A stretch of DNA of 64,000 bases, taken from Glycera tridactyla (taxonomy: Eukaryota). The stretch covers positions 30,566,001 to 30,630,000 of the forward strand of contig OZ286470.1 of the NCBI GenBank assembly GCA_965644265.1, given 5' to 3'. Position numbers and translations under genes: made by a program. This document shows, in pieces, positions 28,671 to 40,050 of this stretch (position 1 is its first letter; every line of letters starts with the position of its first letter). A model generated the notes under the pieces. The model was given only the letters and a program-made list of their open reading frames with translations, was not told where the DNA came from and made no database searches.

Positions 28671-30054
28671 TCTTTAATGTTGTGCAGGCATGTGCGTCTC
28701 AATGACGACAAACAAGTGATGATGAGATCCTCGAAGTACAACAGACCAACCATCATCATAGCCTGATTTGTTGGGGCTTTTCATCCTTGAGCTGTCCAAC
28801 CCAAACCCTGATTCTTGACTAGTTAGACCGAGGTCCCAGTAGGAGGAGTCTCAAATGATCGCACCCATGGCCCTGCTCGGGCTTCTCAATATGACCCAAA
28901 CTATGCTAAGAAGACGTGAAACATTCAGGCAAACTACAAATCGACCCAGCATAATCTGACTGAAGCAATTGATATACAAGCGCCCTCATCTGAATGGATA
29001 TCAACCTTACCACTGACCTGGGAAAAATCAAATTATTTTAACCTGCAATATGTGATCACTGCAAGCATCTTTCTTCCCCATCAATGAACTAAGTTGATTA
29101 GCTGAATGAATGGAGCCAGGTGAGCATTGATCTGAAGCAGATTATTCATCCGGAAGATGGAGCAGATCATGCTCGATCGAGTGACCAGACAGAACATGCA
29201 AGCAGAGAACATGCTCTTGGATTATCCATAGTTTCATGTAGTTTCTCTTCAGCCAGAGGTCCATCGAGATAAGTCTCAAATGGTTCACTCTTCCATGAAT
29301 TGCGAATGGCTTATTGTCAGCATAAAATCATATAAATTCAGATTACAACCAGGTGATTGACCTACCATCCATCCAAACTTGGTCGAATCCAAGCCTTTCA
29401 TTTGACTCCTTGCACAGGGGTATGCCCATGTCGTTAGTGCGGATCATTCCTCTGGATCACGTCCCACCAACTGAAATTTTGAAGGAATTATCATCATTGA
29501 CCCATGGAGTGTTCACATAAAAAAAATCATTGTATAATTCGAAGTGATTTTGGATCTCCATGTTTCCAGTTGGCCTTTATTTTGAATTTAACGAAGAGGC
29601 GTTTTCAAGTTTTTTTTGCAAACCAAGGCTTGAATAGCACCGAAAAAAAAGTGACATCGGAAGGATCACAGAAGGATTGTATCTCAAACAGATGTTATAA
29701 AGACCACTGGTGCAAGAGGTATGTTGGTTACCATGCCAATAGTTGTCATGATATCTGACGAGTGAATACCTTGTCGCAGAGCAATTTATCGTACCAATGT
29801 GTCCATATTTTCAATTGGTCATTAGTCAAAAATAGGATATCTCAAAAAACTGACTCTTTGGAATATTTGGATAGTTCAATTTGTGTCTTCCCCTTTCTCT
29901 TCCTGTCGCCCTTTCCCTCTCTCTCTTTTTCTGATATATATATAAAAACACTGACAAGAAAGTTCATGAAGGCCAAACGGAGAAAAATGTACCCACAGAA
30001 ATTCCTACGAAGGTCAATCCCTTATCAGGAATTGAATCCCAGGAATCTCCCACC

Positions 30055-31884
30055 ATGGTCGATTCCTTATCAGGAGTTGCACCACAGAGGACGAACGTGG
30101 AAATTCAAACTGCAACCTATAATGCAGAACAAAATTTGGCCCTCAAATTCATGGACATGAGCAGCCAAACAGATCCATTTGACACTCCCATTGTTGTTGA
30201 CCTTAATGAACCTCGTGTCAGAACTGTCACCCACCAGACCATCAATCCGAACCAATTGACCCAACCAAACCTGGAATCACATGATCCAAAATTGGTAGAA
30301 ACTGCATATAGGCTAAAAGATGTCTTATTTTCAGATGACAATGCAAATGATGCCACAGAACTCAATGATTCTTTTCTGACTCATTTGCAGACAATCAGGA
30401 AGATTGACATCCCCGAGAAAGCCACCAGAGCCATCAGGGAGACAAGACGAGAACTTTCAAATCGGGAGAAAAACCACCAGTTAGCGCGCCATCTGAGAAA
30501 ATTGGAGCGCGACGATGTGATCCCACCGTTCGCTCTCTGTATGCATAAATGGCCAGCATGGATGCCAAATGACAGTGCATTTCGCCGCAGATTCTATGAA
30601 TTCAAGGGAACGCAGGGTCGAGGAAGCTATGGTTTGGGTAGCAGCTGAATTGAACAACACCGGAGATGGCCATGGTGTGGACGCACTGGTGGCGATGAAG
30701 ACAGTCGAGCACCATTTCAACCGAGCACATGTGGACTGTGCAGATTGCAAAGCTCTAATCGCGAGACAGGTGCACAGATCGACGGATGTTCGTGAGAAAC
30801 AACTTTGCCAAGTTGAAACCAAATTCAAAGATTTGCCACCAAGCGTTGATGAAGTTGTTACAAGTTCCATCCGCCAAAAGGTTGAAGTGGCGAAGGCCGA
30901 CGACTCACGCCCATTAGTGTATTGCTCCCCCCTCGAGAAACTTGAGGCTGAGGCTGAAGAAGATCTGAGAAAGATTCGGAATCGCACAAGTAACAAGAGA
31001 AAAAGGGAGAAAGTCCGGGAGTTGAAGAAAATGCACAGAGAAGGTAAACTCACCATCGACTATGAGTCAGACCACACCCAATCCGGATCCAATTTGCTGA
31101 AAGCAAAAGCCAAAAGTCGGCAAACCGCCAAGAAATCGCCACGTCATCAAGTTGTAAATGACAAATATGACCCGATTGAAGGCACCTCCACGAAGGGAGA
31201 TACCATCACAGTCATTGTTTGGAAAAACGCAGAAAGGTCTGTGAAATCACGCGAAGAACCTGGAAAGAAACCAAGCGCAAAAGCCGACAAAAGTTCGAAA
31301 AATCATCCGCCCCCAAGACAGAACAAGAGGATTCCGAGAAGGCGGAGTTGATAGAGCAGGCTATGCAACGTGCCATGGCTAGTGCTTTGAAAGAACTGAG
31401 AAACTTCCTCTTTGACAATAATCGCTCCCGGAAATTTGATAGATGGTTTCACGTTCACTGTAAAATTATCTCACACTGGTGTTATATCTTGAGATCAATC
31501 AAAGACGATGTAGAATCAGATCTGATTAGTTATATATATGGAACTATACAATACGGAACTTATTTTCTCTTTGCTGCATACATGTGGGTCGACCACACAA
31601 TTGAAGGGTTGAAACATACTCAGTGCTATACTGAAACATACATGCCAGCCATTATCACAATTCCAGTCAGAGAGAACAGCATGTCTATAGTTGCAGTTAA
31701 TCATTTCGAGTTTTACACCTGGACTCATGCTGATTGGATAGAGGACTGTGATATGTTCAGGAGTTGTGGCTATATCGAGATGTGCCAAACACAAGAAGGT
31801 AACACAAACAACCACAACACACTGATACGGGAGAATGTTCCGATGCACAAAGTGTTGAAAGAGAAAAAACACCTTGTTCACTAA
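30055..31884 (+). pseudogene. Long upstream coding region of the PLE (ORF1-like or N-terminal extension), basic and coiled-coil-like, three frameshifted pieces
   Basis: Overlapping ORFs 30055-30648, 30569-31351 and 31219-31884 tile about 610 codons (frames 1-2-1). CCACCATGG Kozak context at 30055. Helical, charged segments RAIRETRRELSNREKNHQLARHLRKLERD and LEKLEAEAEEDLRKIRNRTSNKRKREKVRELKK. No domain recognised with certainty. Confidence 0.55.
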
Positions 31885-31889
31885 AAAAC

Positions 31890-33481
31890 ATGTGTTTGTT
31901 ATCCTTTGATAATTTGTTTATGGAAAAATTACATGATGTTATCATTTCTTTGAATGTTCACTCAAAGGGTATTGTGAACCTTTCCAGCTTCACTTTACAG
32001 GATCACCATAAGTCTCTCCTAGAAAAGGGACTCAATTTTTGCCCCACTCCGAGCGAACCGGATATGGGGGATCTTAGGAGAGATTTAGACAATTTCCACA
32101 GAAATGTCAGACTCAGATCGCATTTCGGTAAGGGTCAAGACAAAAATTAAGCCTGGAAGGACATTTTGGAAGGGACAAACAGGACACCAGTACGGAGATT
32201 GGGACCAGACATTAACAGCCAGGCCCCATCAACTTCACAACAGGTGCTGTATAACAAACCATTCCAACACAAAGACTTTTCCAACAAATCGACATGGCAA
32301 CCTGACAATTGCCCGATCATCTTAGAAAGCATGGTCTAGTAAATGAGTTAGAGTTAGCCAAGATGGAATGTTAGGCCCCCTTGAAACAGAACCTCTCCAA
32401 ATTAGAGAGGTCAGGTATCAAGGAATTACAGGAAGACTTGAGCATTATCATCAAGAAAGCTGACAAGGGGTCAAACCTAGTTATTATGAGCCGAGAGGAT
32501 TACCTGGAAGAGGGCTATCGCCAACTTTAAGACAGGAAATTCTACGAAAAAAGGACAGAAAATCTAACTGAGACTCATAATGACTTAGTAATATCATGTG
32601 TCAGTGAACTTTGTGAAAAGGGAGAGTTGAGTATAGAAACTTCCAAATATCTGGTCTTTGATGAACCGAGAACATCACAGTTCTACCTTCTCCCCAAAAT
32701 TCACAAAAGATTGGAAAAACCCCCTGGACGTCCAATAGTGTCTGCAAATGAGTGCCCAACAGAAAGAATATCAGCATTTGTTGACTTCTTTCTCAAGCCT
32801 CATATGCCGAAGATAAGATCCTTTCTAAGAGACACAACCGATTTTCTTCTTGAAATTCAGGAATTGGAAAAAGTACCTGCTGGTAGCATCTTAGCAACAT
32901 TAGATGTAACCAGCTTATACACCAATATCCCTATGGACGAGGGTATCGAGTGTGTCCGCCGTTTTCTCAACACCCATAGAAACTCAGCAGAGAATCCGAA
33001 AATAGACTCACTTTGTCGCCTTTTGGAAATTACACTAAAATGTAATAATTTCCAATTTGATGAAGAAAACTTCATTCAGGTGGGTGGAACGGCGATGGGA
33101 ACCAGAGTAGCGCCCAGTCTAGCTAATATTTTCATGGCAGACTTTGAAGAACATCATGTGTATGGCCAAAAGAAACAACCAATGTTTTACAAGAGATTTT
33201 TGGATGATATAATAATTGTCTGGACTCACGGGGCTGATACACTGAACTCTTTTGTGGAGAAATTAAATGAGTGCCATTCTACAATAAAGTTCACACTTGA
33301 ACAGTCAACCTCGAATGTGAACTTTTTAGATACCACTCTTTATATAGACAAAAAGGGCAATCTCTGGACTGACCTATACTGCAAACCGACAGATAGTCAT
33401 TCTTATCTTTACTACACCTCGTCACATCCCCCCCAAAATAAACGAGGTGTGCCATACAGTCAACTACTTCGAGTCCGATGA
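31890..33481 (+). pseudogene. PLE reverse transcriptase (frameshifts and stops)
   Basis: VNLS..LEKGLNFCPTP, NKSTWQP, IIIKKADKGSNLVIM, FYLLPKIHK, PGRPIVS, TLDVTSLYTNIP, GTAMGTRVAPSLANIFM, YKRFLDD, NFLD, YCKPTDSHSYL, YSQLLRVR*IC (probable CGA>TGA at 33479-33481). Confidence 0.93.
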
Positions 33482-34399
33482 ATCTGTGATCATAATCACG
33501 ACTTTGTCAGACACAGTACAATGTTGATTTGTCACTTCTTAAGGAGGGGATTTGCATTGGACATCTTAAGAGAAGCATTTTTAAGAACATCAAAAAGGGA
33601 CAAAACGGACCTACTGAATGAACAAAGGTTGAAGAGTTTGGATGCAGAAGACAGAGACAATACAGACGACTCCATCTTTTTGACAACCACCTTCAATCCT
33701 AATTTGGTGGACTTCAATAAAATTGTCAAAAACAGCTGGGATTTGCTCAAAAGAGGGACATCAACCAAACTTTTGGCAGAAACCAGAATAATCTTTGGCA
33801 ATAGAAGAGCACCAAATTTAAGGGATTTGTTGATGAAGGCCAAAGTCCCACAACCACGCCCGACAAAGGCCCGACACCCTTGCAGCAAATATACAAACAA
33901 ATGCAGCAATATAAAGTGCAAATTCTGCCCCCTTTTAGACAAATCAGGGAGAATTGAAAGCACCACCACTGGGCGTGAATATGAGGCCAAGAAAAACATT
34001 ACATGTCAAAGCAGCAATGTCATATATTGTATCACATGTAAGAATTGCTCCAAACGATATGTCGGGCAAACTGGAAACAGTATTAATCAGAGATTTGGAG
34101 CACACTCTGGAGCTATTGGAAGGAAGAATTTGGTTGAAGATGTGAGCCGACATTTTCAATCAACTAACCACAAGGGACTCAGAGATATGAAAATCCATAT
34201 TCTGGATTTCATTTATGTCCACCCAAAAAGGGACTATAGCATCACCCTGAGGCTCCAAATTGAATCAAATTGGATTCATAGGTTGAAAACCATGCTCCCA
34301 ATGGGGTTGAACACCAAGGACAGAACCCCCCTTGAGAAAAACTGTAGAAATTGGAGGTTTTATTGGGAGACTGGTAAAATCAAAACCCACAGAAAATAG
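33482..34399 (+). pseudogene. PLE thumb, Cys-rich linker and GIY-YIG endonuclease (same frame as RT after the internal stop)
   Basis: HPCSKYTNKCSNIKCKFC linker, then TCQSSNVIYCITCKNCSKRYVGQT...QRFGAH...ESNWIHRLKTMLPMGLN; stop at 34397-34399. Confidence 0.93.
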
Positions 34400-34776
34400 A
34401 GGTAGGGCCCTATAAGGAGTTCAACCCCTATACACTGGAGGAACCAATCCCAATAGGAATTGGGGGAGACCTCTCAAATGATGTTTTGAGGTGGGCCCTT
34501 TGCCTCGTCACATAATTTCCCTCATTATTGTGGGCTCCAGCTTGAGACTTATTTGAAAACGACTCCACCCCCCAGTAGACACACTCACAGTTTAAACACA
34601 AATTGTGAGGGTGCACTCTCCAACGGACGCCGAACCCTATGTAAGCTAGAGTGACATTTTATATGAGTGACATTCCCAATATCATAGAGGGATGGGGAGA
34701 GACCAGCATCATATATGCAGTATCACCCCCCACCCTGGACTAAAATGGTTGGAAAATACATCAATTTTTAAATCAT

Positions 34777-35080
34777 AGCACATGAATGGCAACTGATGAG
34801 GTCCAAAGGACCGAAACTCGGATTGGCTGGAATTTGCTGCAAAACCCAAGTTCTAGCAACCCAGGTGGACACTGCACAGTGGAGGATCCCTGCACTGCAC
34901 AGTGCCATCTAGCTGATGCCAAGGAGTGTTTAATTGCCAAGTCACCCACCAGATGGCGACGCCGTTAGTGCCGCCACGCTATCACTTGGCAACTGAATGC
35001 GGCATCGATTGTGACGTCACGGCGTCCGTTTACAAACAAACTTCAGTCCGAGTCTTGCCGTGGAAGGAGTTGAACGTGCT
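34777..35080 (+). ncRNA. Type I hammerhead ribozyme with a 216-nt insertion in loop III; predicted cleavage after C35054
   Basis: Stem I ATGGCAA 34786-34792 / TTGCCGT 35055-35061 (extension AGCAC 34777-34781 / GTGCT 35076-35080). Core CTGATGA 34793-34799. Stem II GGTCC-AAA-GGACC 34800-34812. GAA 34813-34815. Stem III ACTCGGATTGG 34816-34826 / TCAGTCCGAGT 35043-35053 (11 bp, two G.U). GUC triplet 35052-35054. All conserved core nucleotides are intact. Confidence 0.9.
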
Positions 35081-35089
35081 TGCCTCGTC

Positions 35090-35094
<5 letters not shown>

Positions 35095-35136
<42 letters not shown>
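35095..35136. repeat. (AT)21 microsatellite at the PLE 3' boundary
   Basis: Perfect AT run. Confidence 0.97.
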
Positions 35137-35138
<2 letters not shown>

Positions 35139-35661
35139 CATGTTGAGGTTGAATATTTCTTGTCTAAGAGGACATTCATATCTTTCAACTGTCATAAATA
35201 TGAAGTGTGGCAGCCTAGAAGAGAGTAATGGGTTTTGTGGATGAAAGTGATCGATCAACGAGTGGCTGAGATTAGGTGCCATTGATCTTCACCGTCCAGC
35301 AAGTCTGACATGGCATGCAGGGGTCAGCCGGAGCTTGTCACTTCACACTATGACATACGAGAAGAGCCACAACCTCTTTGCTGACAACATGATGATGTAT
35401 CCCCCAAAAGTTGTTGTATTCTCACCAACCCCACGAAAGGAGTCGAAGATGCATGATTGGAAAACCTTCATTCGATAACCTGGAAGGGAGAGTTGAATGC
35501 ACCTTCGAAATATAATTGCGCATTTGTCTACTGCTTGTGATTGTTGATCAAAATTGGCAGAGATATGAATGATATATTGCCAGGATTGTCGAATAGTCTC
35601 ACCTGCCGGTTCATCGGATATTCTTCGAATTTATCGACCTGATGGACGGGGCATTCAATAT

Positions 35662-35720
35662 AAAATGAGATGAGATAAGATAAGATGAGATAAAATAAGA
35701 TGAGACAGATGAGATGAAAT
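35662..35720. repeat. (GATGA/GATAA)n pentanucleotide tract
   Basis: Visible repeats. Confidence 0.75.
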
Positions 35721-37722
35721 GGGCTGCTGATACTGAGGTTGTGATTTACATGACAGATAAGTTGGAATTCACGATCTGATTTAGTGTTCACTCACACAGA
35801 TGTTTTGCTCTCAAGTTAGGCTAATCGAAACTTGCTTTTCGGGAGGGTAATTTTTCCAGATGCCAGTATCACTACAGGTAGACTGCGGAGATACCAAATG
35901 TTGATTTCCTGCTCAAGCCTTCACGAACTTACATAATATGCAAATGTGTGGGTGGTTAGGTTACATCATCAACCTCACTCCATTGCAATCCCTCTCCTGA
36001 CTGCAATATACTGATTGATTATAATAGTGATTCCCGCATCAATTCACCTTTCGTCAAGTACCTGAGACCTTCAATTCGATCGATATCTTCGCTGCACACC
36101 AACATAATTCCGATCTGCCAGGCAACTGTAAATCGAGAAAATAATCAACTCACTCCATAACATAAGATTGGCCGGGAAAAGTTCCGGGCACTCACTCCAG
36201 AGCTTAGATGGTGCCACTATATCAAGGTTCAGTGAAGTTACTTGTGATGAGGAGCTTGAAAGCTATACTCAAAGCTGTGGGTGTCCAGAGGGGATAAGGG
36301 AGAAGTGAAGAGTACTCTGTGTAGATTAGAGGGATTCAATCTCCGATGATTGGTTTTCCACAGCAACCACTAATTTCAAGTCTTACATCAACAGCTCATG
36401 CGCTCACACCTCCACCTGAAAACAGTTGATGAATCACAGATGCTTTATCCCATGAGACATGATGACATCGTCTCTCTCGCTCCAATGTAAGTGAGTAAGT
36501 CAGTAGGTGAGTAAGTAAGTGAGTAAGTTGATATTTCATTGAACATAAGACATGTGAACTAAGAGGTCATGCCACATGCAAATGTTACAGAATCAACAGT
36601 CAGGATCAATTGTCTGTGCTCCAATACAAAACATATATACAAGTTTGATAAAATTCACATGCAAGAATATCAGAAAATGTGATAGCTTCAATGAGATATA
36701 GAGGACGGAACATCAAAGCAGTTGCAGAGAAGAGGGTGGATGTGGAAAGAAGGAGTCAGAAAGCAGAGATTGACCATACCTGGATAGGTATTATCAAGGA
36801 GTAAGGAGAGACAGGTGTGTTGAATGAGAGGTAGATCAAGGCAGAAGATATTGAGGGGCTCCATTGTCAAGGTATTTGACTAATGAGGGAACAATTGACC
36901 TTCAGAGTGAAAGGGTAATGCGCCTTCTTGACCATGTCTGTATGGTGCATGAGGCATGACACGTGAGTTATTAACATGTCAAGGGGGGCATCAAGTTGCC
37001 TTGCGTGCCACTTGTTATCTAAGCTATGATTGAAGGAGCTTACCCACATGACCATGTCACCTGACCTGTCAGGTGGTATCATCACGTGAACAAGTATCCA
37101 CGAGGAGGCTGTGGATGATATCTGGATGAAACTTGACTTGACTTCGGGCCAGTGGAAGCTATGCCCAACAGCACCCTGATCCTCCTGGTAGAACATGGTC
37201 ACTATCACTTACTTGCCATGTATGTGTGCCAATAAACAGTTAAGCCTAGCCTCACACTAGGATTTAGATCAAGGAGGCACAGCATATCGGCCCCACATCC
37301 ATCATCATATAACGATACACTTTGTGTTGCTGACAGGTCGATGAAAGCCACCTTTTTGCTTTACTTCGCACTCGCCGTCCCTGAAATGGTTCAGAATCCG
37401 GGTATGTATATATATCCCTTGCAGTTTCAAGCCATTTTTGGTCAGGATTCAGTCATTGAAGAAGCAGAAGGAGCACACATATAGACCCATCTCGGTTATC
37501 AAACTCCAAATAAAAGGTTTAGCCGTATGATGAATCGTTTTCTTGTTAATCGTATTGGTCGACATTTGCTTAAACGCTATAGAAGAGTGCTGCTAGATTT
37601 CATGTGGAAAGTACGGTTACGTAATCCGACGAGATATTCATTACAAGCATACTTTCCTCTTTTGTCCAGGGACGAGTGATGTGAATGAAGCATGTCAGGG
37701 GATTCACAAATCGTGGCATTAA

Positions 37723-38091
37723 CCTGCAGGCTGTTCAGTTGAGCTAACAGAGAGAACGTTCGCCAAATCCCCTACAAAATATTCTCTACCTCGAGTGTGT
37801 CAGAAAAGTGAGGGGACTCTCTTCCCTGTGCAAAACGTTAGCAGTTGTCAGCCGCAACTGAATACCCTACAGACGTATCCCATGCTCATCAGCGTTGTCC
37901 AGTATGAGTGAGAATCTATCGTGATCTATTCATAATAACATCTGCAGGGTGTTCAGTTGCAGCTAACAATCGGTAACGTTTTGTAACGGAAACAGGGTCC
38001 CAATTCGTTTTTGACACGTTCAAGGTAAAGAAGATTCATTTGGGGATTTGGCGAACGTTTTCTTTGTTAGCTGAGCTGAACAGCCTGCTGG
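37723..38091. mobile_element. MITE-like element, ~370 bp, with ~50-bp terminal inverted repeats
   Basis: CAGGCTGTTCAGTTGAGCTAACAGAGAGAACGTTCGCCAAATCCCC (37727-37772) pairs with GGGGATTTGGCGAACGTTTTCTTTGTTAGCTGAGCTGAACAGCCTG (38042-38087). A degenerate third TIR copy lies near 37943-37980. No clear target-site duplication. Confidence 0.75.
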
Positions 38092-39899
38092 CTTCGACTG
38101 AATGCCATACTGGAATCACCAAGATGTAACGTTTGGGTCTGCTTTCTGGATGCTAGTCGATTGTCAATTTGGAGCACCTATCTATCTCCATCATGCGGCA
38201 AGTCATCATGAAAGTTGATGTTTTTTTCATGACATTGACAACCCAGTAATGAACGAGTTTGACTTGAAAAAAAAAAGATTTTTTTCTGCTTAGAGAGTGC
38301 ATGCAGTCGAGAAGAGTCCGTCCGATTCGAACAAAGGTAAGTGAAGGAAATTATAGCAATTCATGCAATTTCGTTCACGATAAATCACCCGCTATTATCT
38401 GAAACTCCAGAGCATTTCCTCGAAATGCTAATTGATGCGAAATCCCGAAAACAATTTCGAAAGTGATCCTCCTCTATCAAATGCACTTAAACGACAAAAC
38501 TGCATTGACAATCAGTGAGTTGGCTGTTGTTCCTTAATTGATCGATTTTCCCTCATCCGGAGAAGCTGCCATTATTCGAGGCTCAGTCTTTTTTCCTATT
38601 TGTGTGGATTCGATCATTTGAAAATCACTCGGATTGTCGGTATCCTGACTTGTGTGCCAACCAGCAATAGTTTGTTGTTGAATATCTCCGCAGATCAGTA
38701 TCGTCCTTGAAAATGGGGATTTCATTATGACAATGGGGCGAAAAGCCACACGTGCACACTCCAACGATCTTGACTGAGACTCAACATGCTTATCGATGAA
38801 TTGTCAATAGGCTGTATGCTTTTGTGAGTATTTTTCTAGATGAGAAGATCATACTGCGGACGATATGACGATATTATCAGGCCTCGAACTGCTTTGAATT
38901 CTCTTCTCTATCTTGTTTGACTTTCCACCAAAGAGATAGATGAATTGACAGACAGGCAGACAGACGTTCAGACAGACAGACTNNNNNNNNNNNNNNNNNN
39001 NNNNNNNNNNNNNNNNNNNNNNNNNNNNNNNNNNNNNNNNNNNNNNNNNNNNNNNNNNNNNNNNNNNNNNNNNNNNNNNNNNNNNNNNNNNNNNNNNNNN
39101 NNNNNNNNNNNNNNNNNNNNNNNNNNNNNNNNNNNNNNNNNNNNNNNNNNNNNNNNNNNNNNNNNNNNNNNNNNNNNNNNNNNNNNNNNNNNNNNNNNNN
39201 NNNNNNNNNNNNNNNNNNNNNNNNNNNNNNNNNNNNNNNNNNNNNNNNNNNNNNNNNNNNNNNNNNNNNNNNNNNNNNNNNNNNNNNNNNNNNNNNNNNN
39301 NNNNNNNNNNNNNNNNNNNNNGCGTGGAAGAATATATCCTCTCAACTATTCACTATCCGAACAGCAGGCCTCATGAGAACATATAACACGTGCATATCAC
39401 TCATCCTTAAAGGGGCCCTTGCAACCTTGGTACAACCCAATGCGGCTTGGATCAAGGTACAAAGGGTCTGATGTAGGTAGCCGAGAAACGGCATCCTGCT
39501 AGTTTAAAGAGGAATAATGTGCTCAACATGACGTCATCGTGCCATGACTTATATATATTCATGATCATCTACCTAAGCTCGAACAACTGACTGTAAATGT
39601 GAATGCAAATGTAGTGATTCATAGTCGGGTATCATTAACAAGTTCACCTGACTTCACAAATACATTTTTTGGCAGGCCTGTTCATGCAAGATCCTTTCTC
39701 ATCTCCCTGGGAAGTATACAACCACTGACCCAGAATTAACTGCATGGGCTAAGCACTCTATATTCACAATCACTGCCTAGAGCCAAGTATCAATTCACAC
39801 GTGGGTGAAGTGGAGTGGTGGAATACAGAGGTTCCACTTAGTGAGAAGTGCAGATCGTACAGATCTGTGTAATGGTGCAGGTCCGGTATAGAATGGTGA

Positions 39900-39960
39900 A
39901 CCTTGTCCATGTAGGTCACCCATCCAAAGAAGAGCCCTGCTCGTTGTAAACGGCACTGCT
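39900..39960 (-). other. Possible degenerate 5S-rRNA-derived (SINE3-like) fragment
   Basis: The minus strand reads ...CAGGGC...TTGGATGGGTGACC..., resembling the 5S box C region (TTGGATGGGAGACC). The match is short only. Confidence 0.25.
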
Positions 39961-40050
39961 CAGTTGACAACTGGATTGGCGGCATCTAACTCGCTACTGC
40001 TGGTCTTGATCAGTGTGACAGGCTCCTCGTGAATAAACTCAGTGATTGAA

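Larger units (their letters stand above)
29945..35094 (+). mobile_element. Neptune-type Penelope-like element (PLE), decayed, ~5.1 kb, with a 3' hammerhead ribozyme
   Basis: PLE RT motifs, Cys-rich linker, C-terminal GIY-YIG and a hammerhead in the 3' UTR. A short (AT)n at 29934-29944 and (AT)21 at 35095-35136 are taken as provisional boundaries; the 5' boundary is uncertain. Confidence 0.9.

Noticed and set aside
31855-31892. Programmed -1 frameshift joining the PLE upstream ORF to RT
   Set aside because: The A-runs are not phased as a canonical X XXY YYZ slippery site, and the element has several random frameshifts.
33479-33481. In-frame TGA in the PLE ORF as a selenocysteine codon (selenoprotein PLEs are known in the Naiad clade)
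   Set aside because: It falls at the conserved Arg of LLRVRRIC, so CGA>TGA decay is the simpler explanation. The ORF also has TAA stops and frameshifts, and the domain order is Neptune-like, not Naiad-like.
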